Shown here: positions 30,931 to 40,770 of the stretch, piece by piece | Numbering within the stretch: position 1 is the stretch's first letter | Layout: every line of letters starts with the position of its first letter | From: an uncultured Candidatus Poseidoniales archaeon | GTDB taxonomy: Archaea > Thermoplasmatota > Poseidoniia > Poseidoniales > Poseidoniaceae | Direction of reading: 5' to 3' | NCBI GenBank assembly: GCA_905182185.1 | Contig: CAJJAP010000007.1 | Coordinates: 17,461-81,460 of the forward strand | Length of the DNA: 64,000 nucleotides | Translations under genes and position numbers: made by a program | Notes under the pieces: model-generated | Databases searched by the model: none | What the model was told of the DNA's origin: nothing | Seen by the model: the letters and a program-made list of their open reading frames with translations, nothing else

Positions 30931-31047
30931 CTAAAACTTAGTCGCTTCATTGTCAATTTTAGATTTTCACTAGTACCCTCCTACGGAGGGTTGAAATCAT
31001 TGATTTTTACAGGGATTCGGGTTTTTATTTAGATAGTGCAATAAAAC

Positions 31048-31719
31048 TCACAAATCGACATAATTCCTTAGTTCCCAAGCTTCATCACAAATATTATCCA
31101 TGCCACCAACGCGCTCTTCGCTCTTTTCCAACCATTCTTGATTGGCCACTGTAGCTGGGTGTTTTGGCCCTAAAGCATCACAGACTTCAGGTCCTTTACT
31201 TATCTCAAAGGTTCCGATCTCATCAGCGATATGCATTATTGTAGTTTTGTCAAAACCCAATAATGGGCGCAGGAGATGTAATTTAGTAGCCTGTTCAATC
31301 GATCCCAAATTACCTAATGTTTGGCTTGATACTTGGCCTAAGTTTTCACCGGTTAAGACATGGGTTGCTGAGACCTCGAGAGCCGCTCTATCCGCTAATC
31401 TGTTAAACATCCTCTTCATATGAATAAAATACTCTTTGTGATTCCAGTCCTCTGTAAATAGAGATAATTGTTTAGAGACTGGCACTGTAATTAATTTCCG
31501 AGATAAGTTCTTTCTTGCCGCATCACCAATAGGCCCTTCCATTTGTAAAAAATGGCGTAATAATGCAATCGTTTTCTGTTCAGCGGCTGGACCTGTGATC
31601 TCCTCTTGAGTACAATGCAGAGGGTACACTTTCCATCCTTTCATCAACATTCGAGCAACTGCAACTGGTGAATCAATGCCACCAGATACCAAGCCTATAC
31701 AGACTTTGTCACCGCTCAT
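31048..31719 (-). CDS. ThiI-like PP-loop ATP pyrophosphatase domain protein (no THUMP domain)
   Basis: SGGIDSPVA PP-loop near the internal Met (MSGDKVCIGLVSGGIDSPVAVA). The longer ORF-track start (31845) would overlap the divergent thioesterase gene. Confidence 0.6.
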   Translation of the reverse strand: MSGDKVCIGLVSGGIDSPVAVARMLMKGWKVYPLHCTQEEITGPAAEQKTIALLRHFLQMEGPIGDAARKNLSRKLITVPVSKQLSLFTEDWNHKEYFIHMKRMFNRLADRAALEVSATHVLTGENLGQVSSQTLGNLGSIEQATKLHLLRPLLGFDKTTIMHIADEIGTFEISKGPEVCDALGPKHPATVANQEWLEKSEERVGGMDNICDEAWELRNYVDL

Positions 31720-31810
31720 AACCTGTCGACGCGCAAGGGTGTCATCAAACCACCCCTTGCCCCTTGCTTTGTTACATGGCTTCTTGAAGGAGAAAGATAT
31801 CCCATTGAAC

Positions 31811-32269
31811 ATGGAGCCATATACCAAGGAACCAGTTACCCTCATTGAAGAAGTATTTCCTCAAGATACAAACTCATACAATACCTTATTCGGTGGCCGT
31901 CTTTTGTCCTTAATGGATAAGGCAGGAGGAATCGCTTGCGCTAAATTCGCTCATCGGGAATTTGTAACAATTTCAATAGACACTCTGAAATTCATCGCTC
32001 CTGCTCATCAAGGTGACCTTCTAGAGGTTACTGGCCAGGTAGTGTTCACAAGTTTTCATACAGCATGTACCAAAGTAACCGCTTTTACTTTGAACAAATC
32101 AGATTGGAAAAAGAAGAAGATTTGTGAAGGATATTTCTTCTTCGTAGCAATAGATTCTATGATGCGCCCGATTCCAATCCCGCAATTTGTTGTTGAAAGT
32201 GATGAAGAACAAATTGAATATGATGCTGCATTGGCGATTCGCCAACACATGCTCAATAGTAAGGAATAA
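31811..32269 (+). CDS. Hotdog-fold acyl-CoA thioesterase (YciA/Acot-like)
   Basis: TLFGGRLLSLMDKAGGIACAKFAHREFVTISIDTLKFIAPAHQGDLLEV is a typical acyl-CoA thioester hydrolase hotdog signature. Start placed at the internal Met (MEPYTKEP). Confidence 0.7.
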   Translation: MEPYTKEPVTLIEEVFPQDTNSYNTLFGGRLLSLMDKAGGIACAKFAHREFVTISIDTLKFIAPAHQGDLLEVTGQVVFTSFHTACTKVTAFTLNKSDWKKKKICEGYFFFVAIDSMMRPIPIPQFVVESDEEQIEYDAALAIRQHMLNSKE

Positions 32270-32367
32270 TGTTGCAATTATCTGCAAAAGATCCTTACCC
32301 CGCACTACAGAACTGTAACTATCAATATATCGTCAGTTCCATAAACCATCGATAATTAGCCCGAGGC

Positions 32368-33294
32368 ATGGATGTAGTAATAGTTGGTAGTATCGCATAT
32401 GATTCGCTATCAACTCCAAGTGGCGAATCCAATGATGAATTAGGAGGTTCTGCAACGTATGGAGGGTTTTCATCTTCATTTCATGCCAAGAGATTGAATG
32501 GTGGAACCGTTGCTCTGGTAGGAGTTGTTGGCGAGGATTTCCTCTCTTCTGACATCGACAAATTAGTCAAATCAGGCCTTGACATAAGGGGTATAGAAAC
32601 CGCCAAAGGTGGAACTTTTCGATGGAAGGGTTCCTACCATGGAGATATGTCACAAGCTGAAACCCATGAAACTCATTTGAATGTCTTTGAACATTTCCAA
32701 CCAAAGGTGCCTGAAGACTATCGCTCACCAAAGGTACTGTTTTGTGCCAATTTGCATCCTGCATTACAAATGGCGGTCATCCAACAATCAAAACCAACTC
32801 GAATATCAATATTAGATTCAATGAATCTATGGATCGAAATAGCAAGAGAAGGATTACTGGAAGTCATTAAGCAAGTTGACTTGGTAGTTCTCAACGATGG
32901 TGAAGTTAGAATGCTCGCCAATGATGACAATCTGGTGCGAGCATCCCACAAAGTGCAGAAAATGGCCAATGGAGCAATACTAGTTGTCAAGAGAGGCGAA
33001 CACGGAGTTTTGGCTTTACACCCCGATGGTCTACTTTCAATGCCAGCGTATCCAGTTATGGAACTCGTTGACCCTACTGGTTGTGGTGATACTTTCGCTG
33101 GCGCATTAGCGACTTTTCTGGCACAAGGAAATGGCCACATTACGAAACAAGAATTAGCACAAGGGTTAGTTCATGCAACAGTTACTGCCTCATTTACCTT
33201 GCAAAGTTTTGGCACAAACAAGATTCGCAATTTAGAGACTCTAGAATATGAAACTAGATTGAAAGAGTATCGTTTGATAACTAGTACTTCTTGA
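32368..33294 (+). CDS. PfkB-family carbohydrate/nucleoside kinase
   Basis: N-terminal VIVGSIAYD and the C-terminal PfkB signature DPTGCGDTFAGALA. Confidence 0.8.
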   Translation: MDVVIVGSIAYDSLSTPSGESNDELGGSATYGGFSSSFHAKRLNGGTVALVGVVGEDFLSSDIDKLVKSGLDIRGIETAKGGTFRWKGSYHGDMSQAETHETHLNVFEHFQPKVPEDYRSPKVLFCANLHPALQMAVIQQSKPTRISILDSMNLWIEIAREGLLEVIKQVDLVVLNDGEVRMLANDDNLVRASHKVQKMANGAILVVKRGEHGVLALHPDGLLSMPAYPVMELVDPTGCGDTFAGALATFLAQGNGHITKQELAQGLVHATVTASFTLQSFGTNKIRNLETLEYETRLKEYRLITSTS

Positions 33295-33297
33295 ACA

Positions 33298-35124
33298 TTA
33301 AGAATCTAATCGGCGAAGACCGCTTTTTCCTACACTGGTTGAGAGATGTGCTTCACTATCAACTAGATCATCGAATGAGACTGATTCTAATTCATTTTGT
33401 TGACGTTGCTCAATTAGTGAATTTGCACGACTAATGTGTTGATGCATTCGGTCTACTTCGTTTTGAGGTAAATTCCCTCCTTTGTTTTCTGAAAGATTTT
33501 GAATGCTAGAAAGTGCTTCTTCTCTTAGATTCTGATGTGTGCGCGCACGGAGTGATTCAGTTGATTCACTAACCTCTTGACCTGAGCCAATACCAAGAAC
33601 TGTCCTAGTTGCATTTGTCGCAGCCCTAGAAGCGGATTTAGCGACAATTGTGGCTTTTTTTCCGCTACTTAGAGATAAATGAACGAGGCTACCGACCAAT
33701 CCACGCTCCTTCATTGGAGTTCTGCTTCGAACCACCAATCTAGAATGAGTCCCTAACCCACTGTCTCTCTTCTTCAAATGTGGAAACTTCTCTGCCCTAC
33801 TTTGCATCGAGTTCTCTTGAGAGTGAATTGAATGTGAGGTTGTGGCGTGATTATTGGAACGAGCACTTGCAATGATTGATTTTGCACCAGATCCTGCCAG
33901 TGAACCGGATAACGAATCAGGGGAATCAAAAGAAGCCATCGAATCCGTTTTTTGTTGTGTTTGATTCGTTTGAGGTATATGCGCTCCATCTTGATTCCAA
34001 AAGTTAGGTAGTGGAGCAGGTAATTGACTTTCACCTGCTTCGCGTTTCAAATGTGATTCGAGATGATTCTGTGGAGATCTTATTGGAGAATCACCAGACA
34101 TTGGTAAATTCATATTTTGCGCTACTGGCATCGGATGAGGAGTTCCAATCGGGTTGTATACTGGTTGCTGGTAATTAGTTGGGGTTTGATGCATTTGAGG
34201 AGAATGGTTGTGATTTTGTTGCGTACCGAATTGCTCTTGGTAGGACATTTGAGAAGGCATTTGCTGAGGGTGGATTGGATTTGGTTGGGCCCCATATTGA
34301 TACTGGCCTTGTTCGTGATTTCTTCTTGTGCCGAGATTACCTGAGGCTCTCTGAATTAATCCGTCTGCGGAAGAGAGTGGTAAACCGATATCTAATTCGG
34401 GCTCATCGTCCGCAAACCAATCGGGTAAGCCCATTTCTACTTCTTCCTCATATACAGGTTCTGCTTCTAAAACTTCATCTTCGTTAGAAGAAAACATTGC
34501 TGTGTCAAACATTGCCATTGGATCATCCTCCACAGCATTGGTAAGGAATTTGGTGATTGGTGTTGGAGTTTTAATATTTACAGTTGGAAGCATATCCAAT
34601 GATTCTTCAAGGATGGTAACCCCTGGATAATCGGTATCCCTCTCTAGCAATTCCAAGCCATCTCTTGCTTCTTTGAGAGTCATTCCTTGATTTATTCTTT
34701 GAACTAAGTGATTCATTCTCATTAGCCTTGCGTCGTTACCCATAATTGCAAAACATACATTGCCTTTTGTCTCAATTGTCAATGTCGGTCTTCCTGTGAG
34801 AATCCATGTACATATGAAAAGCCCACCAAGAGCCATTGCACCGAGTCTAAAATCCAGTGGATCGATAATACGATACCCAAACCATACAAAAATAACTCCT
34901 AGGAATGCAACCCAAAATGGCGCAAGGCGCGAATTATGATGATGTGTGTGGAGAATTTCTGATAAACGGATACTAGTAATGTGGCCTGCTTTTGTTTCAA
35001 ATGACAGCATGCGCTCATCAAGAACTGCTAGCACTTTGCCCGCAGTCCCATCCAACGTAAGTGAACCGAGAACCTCTAAGTTCTCCCCACTCGTTGGACT
35101 ATTTACATGTCCAATCGATTGCAT
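33298..35124 (-). CDS. Membrane protein with a long Q/N/P/S/H-rich low-complexity cytoplasmic region, hypothetical
   Basis: Two hydrophobic helices near the N-terminus, followed by about 350 aa of compositionally biased sequence (QYQYGAQPNPIHPQQMPSQMSYQEQFGTQQNHNHSPQMHQTPTNYQQ...). Confidence 0.5.
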   Translation of the reverse strand: MQSIGHVNSPTSGENLEVLGSLTLDGTAGKVLAVLDERMLSFETKAGHITSIRLSEILHTHHHNSRLAPFWVAFLGVIFVWFGYRIIDPLDFRLGAMALGGLFICTWILTGRPTLTIETKGNVCFAIMGNDARLMRMNHLVQRINQGMTLKEARDGLELLERDTDYPGVTILEESLDMLPTVNIKTPTPITKFLTNAVEDDPMAMFDTAMFSSNEDEVLEAEPVYEEEVEMGLPDWFADDEPELDIGLPLSSADGLIQRASGNLGTRRNHEQGQYQYGAQPNPIHPQQMPSQMSYQEQFGTQQNHNHSPQMHQTPTNYQQPVYNPIGTPHPMPVAQNMNLPMSGDSPIRSPQNHLESHLKREAGESQLPAPLPNFWNQDGAHIPQTNQTQQKTDSMASFDSPDSLSGSLAGSGAKSIIASARSNNHATTSHSIHSQENSMQSRAEKFPHLKKRDSGLGTHSRLVVRSRTPMKERGLVGSLVHLSLSSGKKATIVAKSASRAATNATRTVLGIGSGQEVSESTESLRARTHQNLREEALSSIQNLSENKGGNLPQNEVDRMHQHISRANSLIEQRQQNELESVSFDDLVDSEAHLSTSVGKSGLRRLDS

Positions 35125-35222
35125 CCCAATAGGACAAGCGGATGGCCGGGGTTATCAATCCACCGATGATTGGCCGGTTTTAGAGGCTAAAAATTGGACC
35201 CTTTTTTTACCACCATAGGTGA

Positions 35223-36242
35223 TTAATTTAATTCCAATATCGCATTGCCCATTATTCTTGGCTTAGAATCTAATTGGGCTATCAAGGTAGGTTGTGGGTT
35301 TTCTCTTCGGATGAATAACGGAGATTCCCAATTTACCACTGAATCTGCTCCATCAATAGATTCGATACGCCCAACGACGAATTGTAAATCTGCGCTGGCA
35401 TGAATAATATCTCCAACCGCCAAATCCCTCTTTTGGAAGGGTGAACGCGTCAAAGTCATTTTTGAAGAGTTATGCTGAATTACTGCAAGAGGATGGCTAA
35501 TTCCTGATTTTTTATCCTCTATTGCTGGGCGAACTAAAATGGTACCACTGCCCAAGTGGTCTTCCTTGGCATTACGAAGTGCAAGTCCAACTCTGTCACC
35601 AGCAACTGCTGATGAAACATCATCATCCATCACCTGTAGTGATTTTGTATTACCTGTTCCGTTTGCAGGAAGTAGAACTAATTCATCATGGACATTTACC
35701 GTTCCAGATTGAACATAACCAATAGCAACTAATCCTATTCCTTTGACATTGAAATGTTGGTCGACCGGTAGGACCAGTGGAGCTTGTTGAATCGCTTTCA
35801 AATCGGCAGATACTTGGTCCATCAGACCATACAGTTTTGCCCGTAAATCAATCCCATCATTTCCTTCAAATGTCCAGTTGCCTAAACCCGCTTGTTTGAA
35901 GATCATTTTAACTTGCTCCTCGTCAACCCATTCGCCTTGTGGCGGATTTATTATTACTAATCCCTTGTCAATTCCAGCACTAGCAAAAGCAACTACAACT
36001 TCGCCAAGAGTAGCATCTATTTTTGTGATCTCAACCATACCGACTACTGCCGCAGATAATGCATTGAGGAATGGCCTCAATCTTTCAGGGAATTTTGCAG
36101 GACGAATAATCGATAAGATTCTCGGACCATCTGCATCTGCTTCCTTGTGGGCATAGGTGTGAACGTCACGCTGGTCAGTCGCTTTGGCTATTTCTTTAGC
36201 CAACTCATCCGAGCCGAACATCGCTATATTGAGAACTGACAT
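35223..36242 (-). CDS. EF-Tu/EF1A-like three-domain paralogue with degenerate GTPase motifs (pseudo-GTPase)
   Basis: Collinear with EF1A. LNIAMFGSDELAKE stands in for G1 (GHVDHGKS). INPPQG stands in for NKxD. A clear domain-II beta-barrel is present (VKGIGLVAIGYVQSGTVNVHDELVLLP...AVAGDRVGLALRN), but there is no P-loop. Confidence 0.5.
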   Translation of the reverse strand: MSVLNIAMFGSDELAKEIAKATDQRDVHTYAHKEADADGPRILSIIRPAKFPERLRPFLNALSAAVVGMVEITKIDATLGEVVVAFASAGIDKGLVIINPPQGEWVDEEQVKMIFKQAGLGNWTFEGNDGIDLRAKLYGLMDQVSADLKAIQQAPLVLPVDQHFNVKGIGLVAIGYVQSGTVNVHDELVLLPANGTGNTKSLQVMDDDVSSAVAGDRVGLALRNAKEDHLGSGTILVRPAIEDKKSGISHPLAVIQHNSSKMTLTRSPFQKRDLAVGDIIHASADLQFVVGRIESIDGADSVVNWESPLFIRRENPQPTLIAQLDSKPRIMGNAILELN

Positions 36243-36303
36243 GAAACGCCGACTTGACGCGCCTTCTTGATATAATCGCTTAGCGAGTGAATCTTAAAAG
36301 TGA

Positions 36304-37644
36304 TCATCCGAGTAATTCACTGTGCATCTCAATATACTGTATTGTGATTTTTCTATTAGCAAAGTCCTCTTCATCCATTATTCTTCTGTGCAATGGAATT
36401 AGATGCTCAACTCCAGTGATAATTGTTTCATCGAGGGCCGTCTTCATCCTACGAATCGCATCTTCTCGGTCTCGCCCCCAGACCAATAATTTAGCCAAGA
36501 GTGAATCAAAACACCCCGGCATGTCGTAACCTGGGTAAGCGTGAGTATCGCATCTAACACCAAATCCAGAGGGGAAATGGCACTCCCATAATCGACCTGG
36601 GCTCGGTATGAAGTCTTTGGGATCTTCAGCATTAATTCTGCACTGAATAGCATGACCTCGTATGACAACATCCTCTTGCTTTAGCGGCAATTTTTCACCT
36701 TGTGCCACTCTGATTCCAAGTTCAACCAAATTATAACCGGTAATCAATTCTGTAACCGTATGTTCTACTTGCACTCTAGGGTTTACTTCGAGGAAGTAAA
36801 AATCACCTTTTGCATCTCGTAAAAATTCAAATGTTGCAAGACCTTTGTAGCCAACCGATTCCGCACCGCGGCAAACTAATTCACCTATCTCTGCTCGTGT
36901 CTTTTCATCTAACCAAGGACCTTCTTCAACCAACTTTTGGTGTCGCCTTTGAATAGAACAAAATCTCTCTCCAAAGTGAATTGCTGTCTCCCCATCCGCT
37001 AGAACTTGGAACTCAATGTGTTGAGCCTCTTGGATATATTTTTCAACGAAAACCCTCTCATCACCAAATGCAGATTTAGCACGGGATTGGCATAATTTCA
37101 ATGCACTCTCGAATTCATCTGATTTGGATACGATTTGCATCCCAATTCCACCGCCTCCAGCAGCAGCTTTGATAATAACTGGATAACCAATCTCTGTAGC
37201 CAATGTGCTAGCAACAGCAGCAGAGGATATTGGCTCTGAAGAACCCTTTGCCGTGGGTAGTCCTGCAGCCTCCATCGCCGCTCTTGCCTCAATTTTATCA
37301 CCCAATAATGTGATGACTTCAGCACTAGGGCCAATGAATGTAATTCCTTCTTCTGCACAACGTGCTACGAATGTTGCATTCTCTGCCAAGAAACCATAAC
37401 CTGGGTGAATCGCATCGCAGTGTAATTCTTTAGCGGCAGTAATTACATCTTCAATGTTGAGATAAGAATCTAGGGGGTTACTTTTGTAATTCGGATAAGC
37501 GAAATCGGAAAGGCGGACTGGGAGAGATAATCGGTCTTCTTTACCATGGATAATTGCTACTTCAATTTCCATATCTCTTAGCGCTCGCAATATACGCAAC
37601 GCTATTTCACCGCGATTAGCAATGAGAACACGTTTGAATCCCAT
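36304..37644 (-). CDS. accC: Biotin carboxylase (ATP-grasp) subunit of an acyl-CoA/pyruvate carboxylase
   Basis: N-terminal KRVLIANRGEIALRILRA; catalytic EVNPRVQVEHTVTE. 446 aa. Confidence 0.9.
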   Translation of the reverse strand: MGFKRVLIANRGEIALRILRALRDMEIEVAIIHGKEDRLSLPVRLSDFAYPNYKSNPLDSYLNIEDVITAAKELHCDAIHPGYGFLAENATFVARCAEEGITFIGPSAEVITLLGDKIEARAAMEAAGLPTAKGSSEPISSAAVASTLATEIGYPVIIKAAAGGGGIGMQIVSKSDEFESALKLCQSRAKSAFGDERVFVEKYIQEAQHIEFQVLADGETAIHFGERFCSIQRRHQKLVEEGPWLDEKTRAEIGELVCRGAESVGYKGLATFEFLRDAKGDFYFLEVNPRVQVEHTVTELITGYNLVELGIRVAQGEKLPLKQEDVVIRGHAIQCRINAEDPKDFIPSPGRLWECHFPSGFGVRCDTHAYPGYDMPGCFDSLLAKLLVWGRDREDAIRRMKTALDETIITGVEHLIPLHRRIMDEEDFANRKITIQYIEMHSELLG

Positions 37645-37669
37645 AATGCGCTCTAAGTGAATCTATCCT

Positions 37670-38296
37670 ATGATGCCAACGGTTGTGAAATTACACCACA
37701 AGCGGTTTGTCACGGATGTCCCATCCGCCATTAATGTCAATTGTACAGTAATTAACGCCCATAAATCAAGGAAACCGATGCAAAAATACAGCAATGTTTT
37801 TCTACTAGTAGATTGCTGTGCAATTATGGTGCGAGTCAAGAAAACAGGGGCAGAGGTCCTCGACGAATTAGCAGGAAAGGATTTGAACAAGAGTGGTCTT
37901 GTAGTAAATCTTGTAATATGTGGCAACTCTAAATTTTATGATTATTCATGGCTAGAGGAACAATTGGAAAACTGGGTCCTGTATAATGAGTACCCAGATC
38001 TAGTAATTCTAGGTGGAGCGAGTGGAGTTGATTTTATCGCCGAAAGATGGGCTGATAACAACAATATCCCGATTGCAGTATTCAGTGAAGCTTGGACAAC
38101 ACCACGGCCAAACAAATCAGATGATAGTGGACGCCCTGAAGCGGAAGCTAGCCTTGCCAAGAAGATGTTGAAGAGAGCAACACATATGCTTGCATTCCCA
38201 GGACCAGATTCGGTTTGGACTAAGCGCATGGAAGGAATTGCTCGGGCTCAGGGCATTCCTGTAGCAAGCATCCCTATTCCTGTATATGCAGAATAA
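37670..38296 (+). CDS. DUF2493 / SLOG-family Rossmann-like protein (YspA-related)
   Basis: LVILGGASGVDFIAERWADNNNIPIAVF...AWTTPRPNKSDDSGRPEAEASLAKKMLKRATHMLAFPG matches the DUF2493 pattern (GG.GAD...WA...G.p...f.AdW...G..AGp.RN..Ml...AFpG). True start may be the internal Met near 37826. Confidence 0.45.
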   Translation: MMPTVVKLHHKRFVTDVPSAINVNCTVINAHKSRKPMQKYSNVFLLVDCCAIMVRVKKTGAEVLDELAGKDLNKSGLVVNLVICGNSKFYDYSWLEEQLENWVLYNEYPDLVILGGASGVDFIAERWADNNNIPIAVFSEAWTTPRPNKSDDSGRPEAEASLAKKMLKRATHMLAFPGPDSVWTKRMEGIARAQGIPVASIPIPVYAE

Positions 38297-38362
38297 TCAA
38301 TAATATTTTGTTTGACAATACCGCTCAAAGACGATTTGAGCGAATGATGATAAACAAACGCC

Positions 38363-39628
38363 TTGTGGCTTTCAATATCAGCCTTGGCTGATGGTGGTAT
38401 TATGTCCAATTGGTCTCTAAAAAACCCGTATATGACTACTATTTCAGAGAATTATATTCTCAATGGTGAAGGGTCTCGGAAAGAGACCCGGCATGTCGTT
38501 TTTGAATTGGGCGATTCCGGCTTGGAATACAAAGTTGGAGATGCCCTAGGAGTTATCGCAGAAAACCCACCGCATATCGTTGAAGAACTTATTGAAATCC
38601 AAGGATGGGACCGAGATCAACTCGTCACCACCCACAATGGTGAAAGTGACTTGTATTCTGCATTAAAGAAGGATTTCGAAGTTCATTTGGCTAATAAGAA
38701 GTTTGTTAATTCATTAACTGAAAAAATTGTATCTACTGGGATGAAAATTTCTCTTTCTATCATTTCAAGAACGAGAAATGGTCAAGAAATCGATAATAAT
38801 CTCTCCCCTAGTTCTGCTTCAGATGACCCTGTTTCAAAGGTAGCTGCTATCACATCGGATGCAGATGCAATAGCAAATTACCTGTGGACAAGAGATTATG
38901 TTGACATTATGCGCGAATTTGATGTTCGCTATTCAGCGGCCGAGTTCATGAGTCTCGCTGACCGCTTGAAGCCTCGCCTATACTCGATTGCATCTTCCCT
39001 TGATGCCCATCCTGGAAAAGTCGAGTTGACTGTAGGAATTGTTCGTTTCACATACCACGATAGGCCTCGTGGAGGAATGTGTACACTGTACTTAGCAGAT
39101 GAGGTCGACATGACTGGGAAAGAGATTGGAGTATTTATGTCGCCAACAAAATCATTCATTCTTCCAGAAGATAAATCAGTTAATATCATCATGGTGGGGC
39201 CAGGAACTGGTATCGCACCTTTCCGTGCTTTCATGGAACAAAGAGTCCATGATAACAGCACTGGCAAAAATTGGCTATTCTTTGGAGACCAATCCGAAAA
39301 GACTGAGTATTATTACAAGGAACAAATTGAATCTTGGTTGAACGGAGGCGACCTCTACAAATTCACAACCGCATGGTCCAGAGACCAAGTCGAGAAGATA
39401 TATGTGCAAAATCGCCTAAAAGAAAACGGTGCCGAAGTTTGGCAATGGTTTGAAGAAGGCGCATATTTCTACATTTGTGGTGACAAGCAAAGGATGGCCA
39501 AGGATGTCCATCGTGCTTTGATCGAGATCGCAATGGAACATGGCGGCATGTCTGAAGAGGATGCTACCTTCTTCATTGAGAAAACTATGATGAGAGAGCA
39601 GAAGCGTTACCTACGTGACGTATATTGA
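38363..39628 (+). CDS. FNR-family FAD/NADPH oxidoreductase module (CysJ / cytochrome-P450-reductase C-terminal-like, no flavodoxin domain)
   Basis: RLYSIASS (FAD-binding RxYS), GPGTGIAPFRAF (NADPH-binding), FYICGDKQRMAKDV. Probable start at MSNWSLKNPY (38402). Confidence 0.8.
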   Translation: MWLSISALADGGIMSNWSLKNPYMTTISENYILNGEGSRKETRHVVFELGDSGLEYKVGDALGVIAENPPHIVEELIEIQGWDRDQLVTTHNGESDLYSALKKDFEVHLANKKFVNSLTEKIVSTGMKISLSIISRTRNGQEIDNNLSPSSASDDPVSKVAAITSDADAIANYLWTRDYVDIMREFDVRYSAAEFMSLADRLKPRLYSIASSLDAHPGKVELTVGIVRFTYHDRPRGGMCTLYLADEVDMTGKEIGVFMSPTKSFILPEDKSVNIIMVGPGTGIAPFRAFMEQRVHDNSTGKNWLFFGDQSEKTEYYYKEQIESWLNGGDLYKFTTAWSRDQVEKIYVQNRLKENGAEVWQWFEEGAYFYICGDKQRMAKDVHRALIEIAMEHGGMSEEDATFFIEKTMMREQKRYLRDVY

Positions 39629-39678
39629 TCATTACTTTTCTCCAATGACTTCAAGCGATAGTTGCTGCTAGAGGTTTT

Positions 39679-40461
39679 ATGGCGCATGAGATTTTGATGC
39701 TTGGCACAGGTAATGCATTCTTGCCACATGGCCGACATCACTCATTTTGCTGTATTGACCGGAAGCACATTATCGATGCACCACCGACTGCTTTAGCCAG
39801 TTTGAGAAGAGTTGGAATCTCCGTTTCAGAAATTGAAACTATCTTCGTGACCCATGTTCATGGTGACCATGTGTTTGGTTTCCCTTTCCTATTATTAGAA
39901 CGAAGATATATTTCAGATAGAGAGATGGTAAAACCGTTGACTATTGTTGGTTCTAAATTAGTTAAGGAGAGATTATGGCAACTTTGTCAATTAGCGTATC
40001 CTGGCTCCTTAGAAGAAATATTTCAAACAATTAATTGGGTTGAAGAAAATACTGGAACTGTCAATGATTGGACATTTGAGAGATTTAGAGTAAAACATGA
40101 TGCCTCTGTTGACCCTCACGGCTATCGTCTAGAGCATTCATCGGGTGCAAATCTAGTTCATAGTGGCGATACTGGGCCTTGCGAGGCCCTTTATGATGCG
40201 ATAGAGCGATCTAGTATTGCAATTATTGAAATGGGGATTCCTGAATGGGTCCAGAGTGAAGAACATCACAAACCATCGCATATTGAGGCACTATCTCATC
40301 AAGTTCCTAACACTAAATTACTATTGACACATACATATCTTGACATGAAGGATTCGCAATATGAAGTATTGATGAGTAATGAATACCCTCAGTTCTCTAG
40401 CAATGTCACTCACGCCCATGACGGAATCAGTTTAATCTGGAACGGTAATACTTGGAATTAA
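39679..40461 (+). CDS. Metallo-beta-lactamase-fold hydrolase
   Basis: HVHGDHVFG (HxHxDH) and downstream His/Asp ligands. 260 aa. Confidence 0.7.
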   Translation: MAHEILMLGTGNAFLPHGRHHSFCCIDRKHIIDAPPTALASLRRVGISVSEIETIFVTHVHGDHVFGFPFLLLERRYISDREMVKPLTIVGSKLVKERLWQLCQLAYPGSLEEIFQTINWVEENTGTVNDWTFERFRVKHDASVDPHGYRLEHSSGANLVHSGDTGPCEALYDAIERSSIAIIEMGIPEWVQSEEHHKPSHIEALSHQVPNTKLLLTHTYLDMKDSQYEVLMSNEYPQFSSNVTHAHDGISLIWNGNTWN

Positions 40462-40770
40462 TTTCGTATGCCTACACATGGTGAAACAATTTGCAAACAA
40501 TTTTCTCGAGTGGAACTGATGGTGTAGAAAAAATACTGAAAAATGGAACGATTTTATTTCAACTGTTATATCGGGAAAATTATTTGCAACATACAGTTTT
40601 TGACGGAAAACGGAAATAATAATGTGTTATTTTTTCCGAAAACAGGTGATTCCAATTGCGAGTTAATAAACTAACATTAAATTAGATTTAATATTCAAAT
40701 CCAGTGATAAATTTCACATTGGTGGGCAGGCCTATAAGGGGGCCTCGGACTCACCAATTATATCGCGCAT
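40462..40770. other. Candidate replication origin region (AT-rich, ORB-like repeats) upstream of orc1/cdc6
   Basis: A 309-bp non-coding AT-rich segment directly 5' of Orc1/Cdc6. Repeated TGGAAC(T/C)GA (40511-40519, 40544-40551) and GGAAAAC/CGAAAAC elements (40604-40617, 40636-40646). An A/T-only stretch at 40664-40702 could serve as an unwinding element. Confidence 0.35.

Noticed and set aside
31676-31845. Apparent 5'-5' overlap of divergent genes (ThiI-like versus thioesterase) and similar overlaps at 53940-53956 (moaE versus FAD oxidoreductase) and 54814-54884 (moaC/glpX)
   Set aside because: These are artefacts of taking the longest ORF with alternative start codons. Conserved N-terminal motifs (SGGIDS PP-loop, GAGLSG, GlpX N-terminus) sit right after internal ATGs that remove the overlaps.
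36304-37644. Biotin carboxylase as a dedicated malonyl-CoA supplier for the PKS
   Set aside because: It is 16 kb away and on its own. No carboxyltransferase or BCCP is visible in the window. The link is speculative.
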